A stretch of DNA of 64,000 nucleotides from Podarcis melisellensis. Its lineage: Eukaryota. The position numbers and the translations under genes are program-made. Under the pieces are notes generated by a model. The model was not told the origin of the DNA. It saw only the letters and a list, made by a program, of their open reading frames with translations, and did not search any database. Shown here piece after piece: positions 35,262 through 49,600 of the stretch (position 1 is the stretch's first letter; every line of letters begins with the position of its first letter). The stretch lies in NCBI GenBank assembly GCA_964234715.1, contig OZ174279.1. One strand, 5' to 3'.

Positions 35262-38200
35262 CTCTAGAGGGTCTTCAAACCCTCTGGAGATGATTTTGAG
35301 GGTACACAGGGGGCTGCAAGGGAGAGGAAATGAAAGGTCCATTCTGCTAGTTCAGAAGGCTAGTGTACCAAGGAGTGGTGCATGATAATATTAAATTGGT
35401 TCTTCACAGCATGAGACATATGGCTCTGGAAGCGCAAGGATTTTGTTAGGTCCACATTTTTAAGTGAACAATATCTGCACTTCCTCACGGACTCACACAT
35501 GGCTTGGTATGCAATTACCCACCAGCTTTCACACTTCTTGGAATTTCCAGATACAGTTCTCAGCTCAGACAGCATACCAAAATTGGTATGGTTGCATGTT
35601 TTTGACAAAGCTACATACTCTAGAGTAAAATGCATTTTATTTCATGAAAAATAAGTTAAAAAATAATGCAAATTTCCATGTAGAACCAGAATTGAATGAA
35701 CATATAATTGAGCACATGGAATAATTGACACACACCAGAAACACACTGATCCACCCACTCATCCTTATCTATATATACGGTACTTATAGCTGTAGAAACT
35801 GTCAATTGACAGTGTTCCTGATGATGTGAACTAAAGTCTCTGGAAGGTGATGCATGATACATCTGTTGGTTCCTCAAGACTTTGGAATATTCAGCCATTA
35901 TGCGTAAGAATGTTCAAAGCCAGTATTTTTGGGGTAGGGAGTAGGGAAGATTTTTTTTCTAGGGCATGTCATAGACCTGGAATGAAAAGAAGACCACATT
36001 CACTCCTTTTTCTGATACTTGTCCTAATGCAGCAGTAAGGCAGCTAAACTATGAAGTAGCCCTCAGAGAAAATTGTATGTCAGTAGACTTTGTTAATATT
36101 AAGGAAACTTTATTTCTCCCCCTGCAATAACAATTTAATTTCAAAGGATTCAGATCAGCATTAGATTTCAATTACACCTTGGGGCTTAGGTTCCACAACA
36201 GCAATGCTAAGAACTATTGGGCTTCCATTTCACTTTACTTGATTGGGGTTTTTTTAGGAGGAAGTAATTCCTATTGATTTGCATTGCTTATTCACTTTCT
36301 AATTTGTGTTTTCCATTCCCTTTGTCAGGTAGGATGACTAAAAGCTGAACCCTATCTGCATAATCCAAACTTTGAACAGAGATTCTTACAATTGCACTGG
36401 GGAGCTGATCTACCTGGCCGATAATTTGTGGCAAAGGCCCCTGTTCCCTCCCCCAAGTACCTACGCCTGGGGGGCCCACAGGCACCACAGCACACCAAAA
36501 CACCCCTTGTGGTGCCTGTCAAGGCCCTCAACCCCTCCCAATTTACCTATCTATTGACTTTTTAGGAGGGTGCCTTTTTGCCTGTAGTTTGGGGATGGTT
36601 TGAGTATTGCCAGTTTCCCTGCATAAAATGGGGATTTTGTGGCTGCCAGCAATAGCTTTTTCATTTTCCAAAGCTATCACTCCTCTAAAAGGGGTATCAC
36701 ACTAGCACAAAAACGTCACAAAGGATACTGGCATAGAAGTTGGTTCAAAAATTCCTGCAACAACTTGGAAACCCAGCCATATGGAAGTTATTTTTGGATA
36801 CAATCACCTATGAACCAGCATGATGGGTGTTTGGGGATCTCCACAATGGGATCTGTGAAGTGTTGACATGCTGGGAGAGCCTAGATGCCTAGAGATTCTA
36901 TGTCTTCCATTTCCCCCAACTCTTCTGTTCCCCATTCCACCTTCCCTGCTGCCTTATTGAACTATTGCCTCTAACAGTATCCTTTCCAATGCAATGTATA
37001 CAATGGTTGTTTAAGTTTACAGACTGGCTCATCCATCATCTGAGTGTGTAAGTATTCTGTGTAAATTGGTTTCAGTAACTGCACTGACATAATCCCATGG
37101 TTTGTTGCAACGTAGTTACGGAATAAAGTTATATGCTGTTTGGCACTAGTCAATAGTCATTCTTCAAACACATGGCAACAGCTACCATCACCCATACCAG
37201 CAACAACTTGAGACAGCTATTTGATATGCATATTCCTACACTGCAGTGAGGATGCCTCTGCAAAACTGGTGGCTATTCCAACTGCCTCAGATCCTAATGC
37301 CAGTGTGAACATTTGTACACGTGCTGAGTTTCCTTTCTGTATCTTCACTGGTGGATTCAGAACGATGGGTTTAAGGGCACATGCTACCACAATTAACAGT
37401 GTTCCCAGCACACACATTTCCAACACCATCAGGAGAGTCTGAAAGAATATAGCTCAAATCTGGCATGCTGGATGTATCAGCAGAAATGTGTACTGGAAGC
37501 TTGTGGTCACAGAATAGTCTGCTTAGTTCAAATCATTTAATACACCACCCTATCACTTCTTGGACCTCATCCCATCTTCGAATTCCTAATACTGTACCAC
37601 AGTGGTGGCAGGATGCACAATGGTAGAATTCTTCTTTTTAAACAACTCTTACTGAAGCCCTTTTCAGAGTCTATACCTTTCAATCTTAAGCATGGTTTCA
37701 CTCCCTTCCTACATTCTTCAAGCCTTCTCCTCCAGACTCTCGCTTCCATCAAGGTCTTCTTTTTCACTTGTTTTTACTCTGTTTTGTTTTTTAGGCATCC
37801 TGCATCTGGTCTCTTAGCTTCTGGAACTTTCTCCCACTCAGCTTTCTAGTCCCATTTCACACAGCACCTCCACCCAGAGCATGTATGAAGTATTCCCCCC
37901 CTCCAAATGACAAGTATTCCTTCTCATAGAAGATGGACCGTGAACAGTTTGTTTCTTACCCATTTCTTTCCCAGGAAGTTAGAATGTTTGTGCATATTCT
38001 GTAACACCAAGCAGCTCAAGTAACTGGTGTTAGGGGAACAATGAGAGGAGCACAGCATGTCTTCCTGTAATTAAAATAATATAATGTATTGCTATTGGTA
38101 TGCATGTTTGATGGAACAGCATATATATCAGAAGAGAAGAAGCAGGGATGTCTTCTATCTCTGAAACTATTTAAAAGTTTGATATGATGCTGCAAAGCTA

Positions 38201-38869
38201 GGATAAATCCAAGGATAAAAAAAAATCTTAGCAACTTCGCCCTGTTGAAATAGGTATTTCAAAATATCCCTGCTCCTCATAAATCAAAAACCTGAATATA
38301 CAGAAACGATACTTGAGGAGCAGGTGGCAAAACTGCCTAAAAATCTCTTTTCGATATTTCACCAGAGAATTAATTTCATGTTGAAAGAATGGATCATTTT
38401 TACTGTTAGTTTAGCCACATGGTTCCAGGGTGCCTATTTTGTAATGCATTATCCATTTTCCTTGTGGGTCATTTGTTTCCACTGCAAATTTCCAGAGACA
38501 TATGGCTCTGATGCTCATAGATTCCCTGCACCCATTTATGTATTTTTTATGTGCATAAATGACAACTGGGCTGGTTCCCCCTTTTTAATCTGAGAAAGAC
38601 ATGAGAGAAGAGAGCAAGACCCTTATCCTGTGTTATATGGAGCAAAATTCTGATTATTGTCATTGAAAGAGACAAAGGTGCCAATGCATTGAAAAAAATG
38701 CCCATTTCCCACTCTCTCTGTAAGCCACCTGTAGTCACTAAAGCCAATTTACCAAGGACATATGTGCTGGAGTAAAGCAGGTGAGATACTTTTTTTAATG
38801 TAATAATAAAAAAGAGGAAGATACATTTGCAGCAGATCACAGGCAATTATTAACTTCTCAAAAATATCG

Positions 38870-38909
<40 letters not shown>

Positions 38910-39410
38910 AGTTGTCTGCGGGTGCTCACACACACAAAGCCAACTATTTCAAATTAACATTGCAGTCCATTAACACGTGCAGAAAATGTACACTTCTCAG
39001 AGAGCAGTGTCCCTTATTGAATTATTTGCTCCCTACCATTCTACATCCAAGTGTAGATACTGTATTTCCAATGCAAGCTGTGAGAGACTGTGCTTCAGCT
39101 ATGGCCCCAGGTAGATGTATGGCACTTAGAGGTGCTGTGAACCTTTAGGGATTGTCCAATCCTGTTCTGAAAACTGCATGCTTGCTGTTGCAGATGTGAA
39201 CAAGATGAGAGTCATAATGAGTCTCCAGTCTTTCCCCTGTGCCTCCTGGTTGCAGCAGGGGCTGAGCTGGGATAGTCGCCAACTGCTGACACTTCCAAAA
39301 CATGTCCTTTGTGGGTGCTGCTCTCTCAATGGCCGTCTCTCGGACAGTGACTGTGGCCAGCTAGGGGAAAGGGGTTTGTCACCACTACCAGAATGCAGTT
39401 CCCTTTAAGT

Positions 39411-40442
39411 TAGGGTTACTAGACATCCCCGGTTCCTGCGGACAGTCCCTGGATTTGCAAATCTGTTCCTGGGAAATATGGCAGCAGCAGCCTCAGCAGC
39501 CCGGAGCCAGCCTGGTAGCACAGTTGGCTCTGGCTGGCTTCAGGAGCTGCTGACTGTCATGGCGCCCACCATTTTTCCTCTCTGGAAGTCCCCATATGAT
39601 GTGTTGTGTGCGCAACCCATCATATGGGGACTTCTGGAGAGGAAAAATGGCGGGTGCCACGGCCGCGAGCAGCTCCTGAAGCCAGCCAGAGCCAACTGCC
39701 AGAGCCAACTGCGCTACCAGGCTGGCTCTGGGCTGCTGACTGCTGCTGTTGCCACCACTGCCGAAGGGGAACTGGGGACGTCTGGCAGTACAGATCTCCT
39801 GCCCCCTTCTCCCTTTGTTTTGACTGATCAGGGGAGGCTCGGGAGTTGTGGTCTGGTGGCCATTGCCCTGTTTTTTTAAAACTCTGCATATTTATGTTTC
39901 ACAGGGTGTGAAAGAAGAGCTTTGCACCTTTATACATTATGCTTGTGTGCTTGGGCCTGGGGTCTTTTGCCTCACCATCCCCACTACTTACACCCTGTTG
40001 CTTTGTTGTTGTTTAGTCGTGTCCAACTCTTTGTGACCCCATGGACTAGAGCACGCCAGGCACTCCTGTCTTCCACTGCCTCCCGCAGTTTGGTCAGACT
40101 CATGTTTGTAACATCGAGAACGCTATCCAACCATCTCATCCTCTGTCTCCTTGTGCCCTCAATCTTTCCCAACATCAGGGTCTTTTCCAGGAAATCTTCT
40201 CTTCTCATGAGGAGACCAAAGTACTGGAGCCCCAGCTTCAGGATCTGTCCTTCCAGTGAGCACTCAGGGCTGATTTCCTTCAGAATGGATAGGTTTGTTC
40301 TTTTTGCAGTCCATGGGACTCTCAAGAGTCTCCTCCAGCACCATAATTCAAAAGCATCAATTCTTCGGCAATCAGCCTTGCTACTCAGCTTCAAAGGGGG
40401 AGGGGTGTCCCCGGATTCATTGAAAAAAATCTGGTAACCATA
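39411..40442. mobile_element. Non-autonomous hAT element with an internal palindrome and a nested BovB
   Basis: Ends tagggttactaga / tctggtaaccata; exact 8-bp TSD ctttaagt (39403-39410 and 40443-40450). Confidence 0.85.
40001..40378 (-). mobile_element. BovB (RTE) LINE 3' fragment
   Basis: KADCRRIDAFELWCWRRLLRVPWTA...LEKTLMLGKIEG...RWLD, with a (CAA)n tail. Confidence 0.92.
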
Positions 40443-42296
40443 CTTTAAGTGGTCCAAAGATTCTCTAGTGGGGAGGAGGGTGGAAGGGTTTAGGGGAAAG
40501 CAGGAAGAGAGAGAGAGAGCGTGCACAAAGGTGAGCTGCCTCTGAATACCAGCTTGCAGGTGAGGAGAGTGCTATGTCACTCAGGTCCTGCTTGTGGGCT
40601 TCCAATGTGCATTTGGTTGGACACAGAAAAGAAAGAATGCTGAACCAGATGGGATTTTTTGTCTGATCCAACAGGGCTCTTCTTTATGTTCTTGAGATAT
40701 GGACACAGTGGGACAAGGCAAGAGGGAGTTGGAAGGCGGTTATATCACCTCTCTGCTTGGGACAGTAGGAGTACAATACTCCTGGAGATAGGAGCAAATA
40801 GGGAGTGGAAACAGAATAGGGAGATTTGAGAGGGCCCTACTACCACTCTATGCTAGGACCTCTTTTCAGCGGCTTGACTTGAAATCCACAGGGAAGGAGC
40901 TCAGTCTGGAAGCATCTTTGGTCATGCCTTTGTGGCAGTGGTTGCATCAAAAACTGGCGACAGTTCAACCTCAGAAGCACAAACAAGAACCACTGGAAAA
41001 AGAATAGCCATCTGAGATGGGAGGTATTTACCTCAGAATCCACAAACACATTTCCTTTGGGGGAAAAAAGGAGAATATGTAGGGGACTGCCGTCTTAACT
41101 GAGAAACCAAGGCACATTTTTCAGCTTTTGCATTTCTATCTCACGTTCACTTCACACAGGATGGAAACTATTTCTTTTCAAGCCACTGAATACTTTTCAT
41201 TTTCAGGAGGTTTAGAGTAGAAGGAGCCGAATAACTGCTTTGAAGTATGCATAATATTAAAATAATAGAAGCATTAAAATCTAATATCTGATAAAGCTCG
41301 CCATCCTTCCCATGTGAAATTAGTCTTCTCGAGCAAATGAGGATAACAAAGGCGAGTCCAGATGCTCACCAAACCAAGAGTTTCAATTCAGAGTTGGACT
41401 GGGAGTTAGCTGCTAGAGAAATATATATGGCGAGTAAATCGGGTGTAAAGGTGACAGTCGAAATCCTGCTCAATCTCCGAAAGAAGTGAAAATACCCAAC
41501 CGCAAAAAAAAAAATGTATCAGCTTGTAAATTTAAGTTCCATTAAGAACCAAACATGATCCATTTGGGCTGTTGTTATCCTTGGCTCTGTTGACATCAAC
41601 TCCTTTCTGTTTCCAGTAAAGAAAAATTATTGTTTGGAAAATTATGGCAATAATGGTTATTATTATTTTTTTGCAAGGATCTTAAAGGTGATTTGCTTGT
41701 TTCTCTGAAACTATGGATGACAATCTACCTCTGACAAGTCAGCAGCAGCATGCTGTTTAGGGCTGCAACACAAACTGCATCTGGGGACTGGAAGGGGCAC
41801 TATTCAGTCTACTGCCCTGCTGCTCATGCCAGCCAAAGTCAACCTGGAGCCAGTACAGCAGGCCCGTCCAACTCCCAAGAGAATGTGATCCACTCCCAGT
41901 ATATATATATATATATATATAACTGGCAGTGATCTACCCATTGTCATTGAGGATTGACCAGTTGCTGAGGGGTTTTTTTGGGAGGGAGAGCAGAGTTGTT
42001 GAATTTTTGGGGTGGAGGATTATATATTTTTAAGGGGAATAATATACATCTCTCACCTCTCTAAACACTGCCAAACAGTTTCCACTTTACGCGACGGAGG
42101 GACAAAGTGAGGCGGGTGGAGACATTCATACCGCTGCTTTTTTTACTCCCACTATTGATAAGGATCACTCGATCGACCAGGAACACCAGGGGATCTACTA
42201 GTCGATAGCGGTTGACTGGTTGAACATCTCTGCAGCAATTGGGCCAGGATGGGGCCTGAGGAATTCCCAGTGACAGCGCTGGGCCTGGCTTGGAGC

Positions 42297-42297
<1 letters not shown>

Positions 42298-42356
<59 letters not shown>

Positions 42357-42540
42357 TTATTTATACCCCGCCCATCTGGCTGGGTTTCCCCAGCCACTCT
42401 GGGCAACTTCCAACAGAATATTAAAATACAATAACCTATTAAACATTAAAAGCTTCCCTAAACAGGGCTGCCTTCAGATGTCTTCTAAAAGTCTGGTAGT
42501 TATTTTTCTCTTTGACATCTGGTGGGAGGGCGTTCCACAG
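42298..42540 (-). mobile_element. L2 3' end with (AAT)n tail
   Basis: Near-identical to 1557-1748; encodes LWNALPPDVKEKNNYQTFRRHLKAALF. Confidence 0.85.
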
Positions 42541-43421
42541 AGCTAGCAGATCATGAGTCAACTCAGCCTGTCCCTCAGCTGGAACATCCTGTTTTCTCTG
42601 GGGTGCTGCCAGTGGGGATTCCACAGGTGAACATTTCAAAGTCAGATACCCAGTACTTTATAGCTACATTTGTCATGTGATATTATTTGATGTCAATATT
42701 TTAATGTCAGCGCAATGGTTTTAAGCATTTAACAGAACAGCTAGCACGGAGTGGTGCTTAACACCTGATTGTATTTAATAGTCAGCATATTGTGGCATTT
42801 AACAGACTTGGGATGTAATACTAGGCTCCCAAGGAAGGGGTCACAGGGGTCGAAGAATACATCAGATATTGTGCCCCACATTTGGAAACAGAGCTATGCA
42901 TTGCCAAGGGAGATGCAATGTCAGATTGCTCCTCCAGAGGGCTGCTGAAATGTCCAACACCCTGGAGCATGTCAAGGCATATCAACGATGTGCTAGGGAG
43001 GACCGAGAAAGAGACCCAAAGTCACTCCTGTCCCCTGGCATGCCTCAGCCCTGGAGAGAATTTCAGACATATTCCTGAGCATGTCTAAAACGCTTCCTCC
43101 CCTTTCATGCACATTGTTTTCAATGGGGAAGAAAACACTATGGCAGTTGAGCCACCTTCGTTTTTCCCATACTCGCATGTACTTTAGGATCAAGACCTTA
43201 TAGCACAACTCTATGCATGCTTACTCAGAATTAATTCCCACTGTGGTCAATGAAGCTTACTCTCGGGTAGACTTCCATAGGTTTGAAGCCTTAAAATTAT
43301 ATTTAGTGTTTGACATTGGACATATTTGATGCCCCCCCAAATAATAAAGAAATACTAAGAACAATGCACTTGAATCCTGTTTTTTTTTAAAAAAAAAAAT
43401 CAAAATGCAAAATATTAGTTT

Positions 43422-43562
43422 TAGAATCATCGAACCATAGAGTTGGAAGGGACCACAAGGGTCATCTGGTTCAACCACCTGCAATGCAGGAATCTTTCCC
43501 CCAACGTGAGGCTCAGACCCCTGACCCTGAGATTAAGAGTCTCATGCTCTACCGACTGTGCA
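43422..43562 (-). mobile_element. tRNA-Lys(CTT)-derived SINE with CR1 tail
   Basis: Minus strand CAGTCGGTAGAGCATGAGACTCTTAATCTCAGGGTC...CCTCACGTTGGG is the tRNA-Lys body, followed by a CR1 3' end. Confidence 0.85.
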
Positions 43563-44953
43563 ATTTTAAATCTCGCATTCAAAATCCCCGGAATGGCTTT
43601 GGAAAACCTGCTGGATTGTGAATACATTTGCAGTTCTGTTCTAGTAATAAAAAGACATTTGCCTTCAAACAAACATTGTTTATCAAAGTGGCCAGTTCTT
43701 TGTAGAGCACACTATACTAATATCGGTTTAATAGAACCAGGCTTCTTTTTTTTAATGTATCACAGCAAGCGCAAGAAATGCAGCGTCTGAAAGAAAGAGT
43801 AATTGCTGGAAGCAGTGGTATTTCTCATAGCTACCCATTTCTCCATGGATAAAATCATATCTGAATGTAAGTATTCACACACAACCCGAAAATGAAAGAT
43901 AAGACGGATGTTGGGTAATCATTATGCGCAGCCCATGCTCCAATAACATGATTGTGGGCATGATGGAAGCTATATAATACAGAGGTACTGAACATGATTT
44001 ATAGCTCCTGGAAGCATACGAGTTTTGCTACATTTCTGTATATTTAGCTCAGTGTTCTGAAAAGGTGCATATTTAACAGCTCTGCGTTTATATTTTAAAT
44101 GGTTGCCATTATACTTATAAAATACCAGGCTTCTGTCTTTATTTGAATGCCTGAAGCCTAATTTTCATGGCTGCTAGTGCTCCTGATTTCTCCCTTTAGG
44201 ATTCTGTACTCTTTTCCGTTTGATTCTAGATCAATTATTTCTGTTTTATTGTCAATTTCTAAGCATAGCTATTAAGCTCTATTCTTCCCCAGTGGTAGCT
44301 GCATTATTGATGGCATTTACACAGTAGTGTCCTGCAAACCCCCTTTAACAATTTTTTTGTTTAACTTCTCGCATTTAAGGAACACCTACCCATATTACAG
44401 AGTACACAATAAATATCTGTATTTGAAATTCAATGTGGGCAACCTATCATTTAAAAATAATGCTCTATCACATTTTTTTTTAAATAATGCTTTGTTCTTT
44501 AAAAATGCTGAAGTCAATCCAAGTGCATTCAGAACCCTCCACCAATAAATATAGGTAAAACTGCAAGGAATCTGATTGTGTACTCTTCTTAACCTTACAA
44601 TGTTAGCCATTCTGCAATAATACAAGCTGTCTTAGATTTATAAAGATAAAATTATATTCCACTTTCCCACCATAATAGGACCCAAGCTGGCTTAAAAAGA
44701 AATTTGAAAAACAGCTTCAACTATCCAAAGTATCAAAAATATAAAGTTGTTTTTTTTAAAAGCAATAGGCAGAGTGATCCAAACCACAAGATCCTCTGAC
44801 TGGGAGTGATTCGGATGTTGCAGATCTATCAGCTTAACAGCCCTCTGGTGGAGTCCCATGCTTTGGATGGCACAGCAAGACAACAATCCTGTTCGCACTT
44901 ACCTGGAGGTCCCACTGAATTCAATGGCCCCTCTTTCTGAGTAGACCTGCTTA

Positions 44954-45302
44954 AGGTAAAGGTAAAGGGACCCCTGACCATTAGGTCTAGTTGTGACCAA
45001 CTCTGGGGTTGCGGCGCTCATCTCGCTTTATTGGCCAAGGGAGCCGGCGTACAGCTTCTGGGTCATGTGGCCAGCATGACTAAGCCACTTCTGGCGAACC
45101 GGAGCAGCACACGGAAACGCCGTTTACCTTCCCATCAGAGCAGTACCTATTTATCTACTTGCACTTTGATGTGCTTTCGAACTGCTAGGTTGTCAGGAGC
45201 AGGGACCGGGAGCTCACCCCATTGCGGGGATTCGAATGGCTGACCTTCTGATCGGCAAGTCCTAGGCTCTGTGGTTTAACCCACAGCACCACCCGCATCC
45301 CT
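44954..45302 (-). mobile_element. Sauria SINE, full length
   Basis: (ACCTTT)n tail on the minus strand; TSD tagacctgctta (44942-44953 and 45303-45314). Confidence 0.9.
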
Positions 45303-46219
45303 TAGACCTGCTTAGGGATATACATAAACTGTAACAGGCAGAATTGACATAGAGTCAATTCTGTGGACCCGTGGACGGTCCAGGAATCAGCGTGTTTTTA
45401 CATGAGTAGAATGTGTCTTTTTATTTAAAATGCATCTCTGGGTTATTTGTGGGGCATAGGAATTCCTTCATATTTTTTTCCCCAAAATATAGTCCAGCCC
45501 CTCCACAAGGTATAAGAGACAGTGGACCAACCCCCTGCTGAAAAAGTTTGCTGACCCCTGATCTGAAAAAATCAATTGCTCCTGAAAGAACCTGTCCATT
45601 AATATCAGAAGCTATGTTCTGTGTCTCACCTGAACCCCACCCCGGTAGGTCACATGGGGCCTGAAGACAGGGCCTTTTTAGTTGTGGTGCCCTATCTTTT
45701 GGACTCTTATGCCAGAGAGGTTTCATTGATGTCATCATTTTCTTTCCTACTGAAAACATTTCATTCACTCATATTTCTTTGGGCCATTTTATGCTTGATT
45801 TTTCAAACAGTTTGCTAAATGTGTCATAGTCTGATGTTCTCATCTTTTGATGTTTTGTTTTTCAAGCTATTCCAAGTGCTTTGACTGAACAGCAGCTAAT
45901 CAATATTTTCAGGTATTAAAAATATCATCCCTGTTCCTTGTAAATGTAGAGCTGTTAACGAGGCATCTTTTAGCCAGGGCATCCTACTTTACAGAGCACA
46001 GTCCTCTATTTGAAGGTGTCTTCAACTGGAAGGGCTCTCTCTTAATAGATAAAGAACCACCAGAAGGAAGAGAAGGAGCCTTGAAGTTGTTCATCAATCA
46101 GCTTTCACTCTCCAGGAACTACAAGTCATCATTCCTTGCTATTGGCCATGCTTGCTGAATGCTGTACTCATGAGTTAGCACCTAGTCATAGACAGCAAAT
46201 TGAGGAGGTGCAGAAATCA

Positions 46220-46543
46220 CAGATCCTCCAGGGACATTCCTGAATAAATCCAGGGAGAGTCCCAGATTTACAGAAGTTGTCTCAGTTTCCAATTTGATCC
46301 TGGAATGTCCTGCTTCTCCTTAGTCCATCCCTATTTTGATTGGAGAATTGTTGAAGCATATAGTAAGCCATCCCTATTTTCATTGGAGAAATATTGGAGG
46401 GTATGTAGTTATCTGACCCCTGAGCCATCTGTAGGCAGCTCTGTATAGGGAAGCTTTTAAATGTTTTATTATGTTTTTATATATGTTGGAAGCTACTCAG
46501 ATTGGCTGGGGCAACCCAGTCAGAGGGGTGGGGGTAAACATAG

Positions 46544-46591
<48 letters not shown>

Positions 46592-46636
46592 GAATAGGAC
46601 ATCCCTATTTTCACCGGAGAAATGTTGGAGGGTATG
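46220..46636. mobile_element. Composite repeat: DNA-transposon-like end repeated three times around an L2 3' end
   Basis: Three variants of catccctattttcattggagaaatgttggagggtatg (~46327, ~46369, ~46600), with an L2-type 3' end and (AAT)n between the last two. Confidence 0.5.
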
Positions 46637-49600
46637 AGATCACCTAGTTACAACTTTTCCCACTTTGGCAAAATGTTGTTCTATTTAAATTATAATTACT
46701 TCAAAACTCCCATCTATACACATAAAGCTTTGTCTGCTTGTTTTTTTGGCAACCAGAACTAAATATACAGAAGCCCAGCAAAAATGTTTTGAGGAACTAT
46801 AAGCCTGGGACCTTCTGCATATAAAGGATGACTTCTACTACTGGGCTCTGAACCCTCCCCACCTTAGCCATCAAGATGTGATCTACCAGATGTTTAACCC
46901 AGGAACTGTCCATCAAAGTGGATTTTGTTCCACTGACTCCGGCTGGTTGAAAAGAAAAAGAAAAATCTAAACACTTTCAGTTGTGCAGTTTGCATATCAT
47001 TCCAAATCAGTGCCTGTTTTCTTCACCTTCTGATAAGCAAAGAAAATGCCACCAAATAAGTGCCATTGAGATAAGTGTGTGACCTTTGGGATGCTTTGAA
47101 GAATTCCACTCTAATTCTTACTACAGAAATAAATCAAAGTGAAAGTAGGAAAGCCCTGTTTTCTGAGAAGCTGCACTTCTTGAGAGACCGTGTACTTTGT
47201 TGGGCCCAACTGGCTTTAAGGCAGAGATGGGGAAAACATGGATTGCCATGTTTGTTGTTGGACCCCTAATCCCATTAGCCACCTTGACCAATGATCGGTG
47301 TGATGGGTACTGGAGTAAATATCTAAGGGACCCCCCTATTGCAGAGCAACAATCCTATCTACACAGAAATAAGTCCCACTGAATTGTGTGAGGCTCACAC
47401 CTGAGTAGATACACATAGGATTACACTTAGTCATGCCAAACACCCATGCACACAAACTACAAATTAACTCACATTCTTGGTTTGAATTATGGGGCTATTA
47501 CGGTTCACTGGAGACCCAGGTGCAATGCACTTCTGAATACTTCCAAACGTATCAGATTGGATCTTTATCGTGACCAGTTTCAAGTTTCATTGGCATCACA
47601 GAGGCAGAAACCTTGTCCTCTTTTGCATCTGGATGCCCTTCATTCGAAAGCCATGTCATCACACTGTGTTTGGACCTCAGGAAGTGTTTTCCTGGTAACT
47701 TAAGCCTTCCACTCTATGTGTTCCCTTCCCCACATTAGATGCAACTGCGGTTTTTGGTCTGCCTGTCTTGGTCTGCCTGTCTGAGTGAAAATTTTGCTCT
47801 TTTTTTGTCCTTTGATGACTCAGACATCAGAAAACCCCTTCAGTAAGGGTGACAAAAGAGTCAGTGTCTGAGACTGCCTCAGTTGCAACCATTTTGTGAG
47901 TGGAAAGTGGGAACAGTGTTTGAGGTTAACAGCCGTACTTTGGTTTTCGAACAGAATGCATTCTGGAAGTCTGTTCGACTTCTGAAATGTTTGGAAACCA
48001 AGGCACGGCTTCCGATTGGCTGCAGGAGTGTCCTGCAGCCAACCAGAAGCTGTAGAAGCAGAGCCGTAGCTAGGTGATCTTGCACCCCTGGTGGAACCAT
48101 CCAGATTGCACCCCCTAGCCACAGACAAATTAGCTCTTCTTTGCACCTTTCTTCCACCCCCACCCATCCAATTCACCCTCTATTTAAAACCATTTCTTAT
48201 GAGGCAATAATCAATATTTATATTTATGGACATATTTTTAGCCAATTCCCCCCCACACACATTGCCTGCACCCCCTAGCTACGACCCTACGCAGAAGTTG
48301 TGCTGGACGTTCGGCTTCCGAGGCAAAGTTCGCAAACCAGAACACCTACTTGTAGGTTTGTGGCATTTGAGTTCCAAACTGTTTGTGAACTAAGCTGTTC
48401 AAAAACCAAGGTACAACTGTATTTACCAAGCACCATCATAAGCTCATCCACAACTTGGTATTGCAACACATCATGAAACTATAGGAACTGATATTGAAAT
48501 TTCACACAGCTGGGGTGCATGATAAACCAAATCAAACCAGACCCACACACTCCCAAGAAAACACAAACGCTAAATGCCAGGCTCAAATGTGCACAGCGAT
48601 GAACAGACGTTCAAATCAAAATCCTAGCTTCCTGCAGGATATAGATGCAAGTATAGCTTTGACTAGCCAATCCCCTGTTCTTAGTGTGTGTGTGTGTGTT
48701 TTCAGAGCAAATATCAATAGAGGAAATTACTTAGGGAAGATTGATTTTTGAGAATTATTAGGGGATAACATTCACAGCAGCAAAATACACAGAACAATAA
48801 CTGGCCTTTGAGGGTTCATTGAGCATGGAAGCACAGGCAAGGCATTTAGATAATTGCAAAAGAAGTGCATTTCAAAATCAGCAGAGCTGGAGCAGCAAGG
48901 TCATTCATACCATATAATGGTAAATAAACCAAACACCAAGACTCCACTGACCACCGTAAAGCAAGACTCCTTGGTCAAAACCACAATTTGCTTTCCTCTT
49001 GCATAATCTGAAGGGTTATTCTATTTGCAGTTGCACCAATTCCACTTTAAGAGCACAACTGGAAGGCAGGGGGAAGGTAGCTAATGGAAATACTATTTAA
49101 AAAAAAACCAAGAGGGATGCAATCTAGTCAACGGTAAAAGTTGTTTACTCCCATTGCTTCCAATAGCTTTTTCATGAGCCCTTGGGCTAGGTGTATAGCT
49201 GTCCTATGTGGTAAGCCACAGAATGGCATCTTCCTAGACTGAGCAATGAAGTAAATTTTTCTCAGGCTTTGGACTGGCCCTATCCACCCCAAATTGTCAC
49301 TGGGCCTTTCAAGACAGGAAGGGCTATAAGAGACTTCCTGTTTCAGCTTAGACTTAGCCCACGACAAACCCATACTTCCAATGTGTTTCTTGGTTTTGAC
49401 ACCGACACAACTGGCTCCCATCTGGCAGGAAGAAATTGTTGTATTTGGTTTATCTCCTGGCACCAATACTGCTGGGGCTTACCAGAAGGGGGAAGAGGAG
49501 AGGCAATAGGGAGGTTGGTACATAAAATCTGCTTAATTTTGGCTGGGTTGTGCTGGTAGAGTTCATAACTCATAATGGCTGTTAATGTTGCCATGATGCA

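Noticed and set aside
39478-39889. Overlapping ORFs on both strands with similar peptides
   Set aside because: Artefact of the palindrome.
43422-43562. Functional tRNA-Lys gene
   Set aside because: The acceptor stem and B box are damaged and it is fused to a CR1 tail, so it is a SINE.
45339-45363. 10-bp-stem hairpin cagaattgac/gtcaattctg
   Set aside because: Too short, and adjacent to TE debris, to assign any function.
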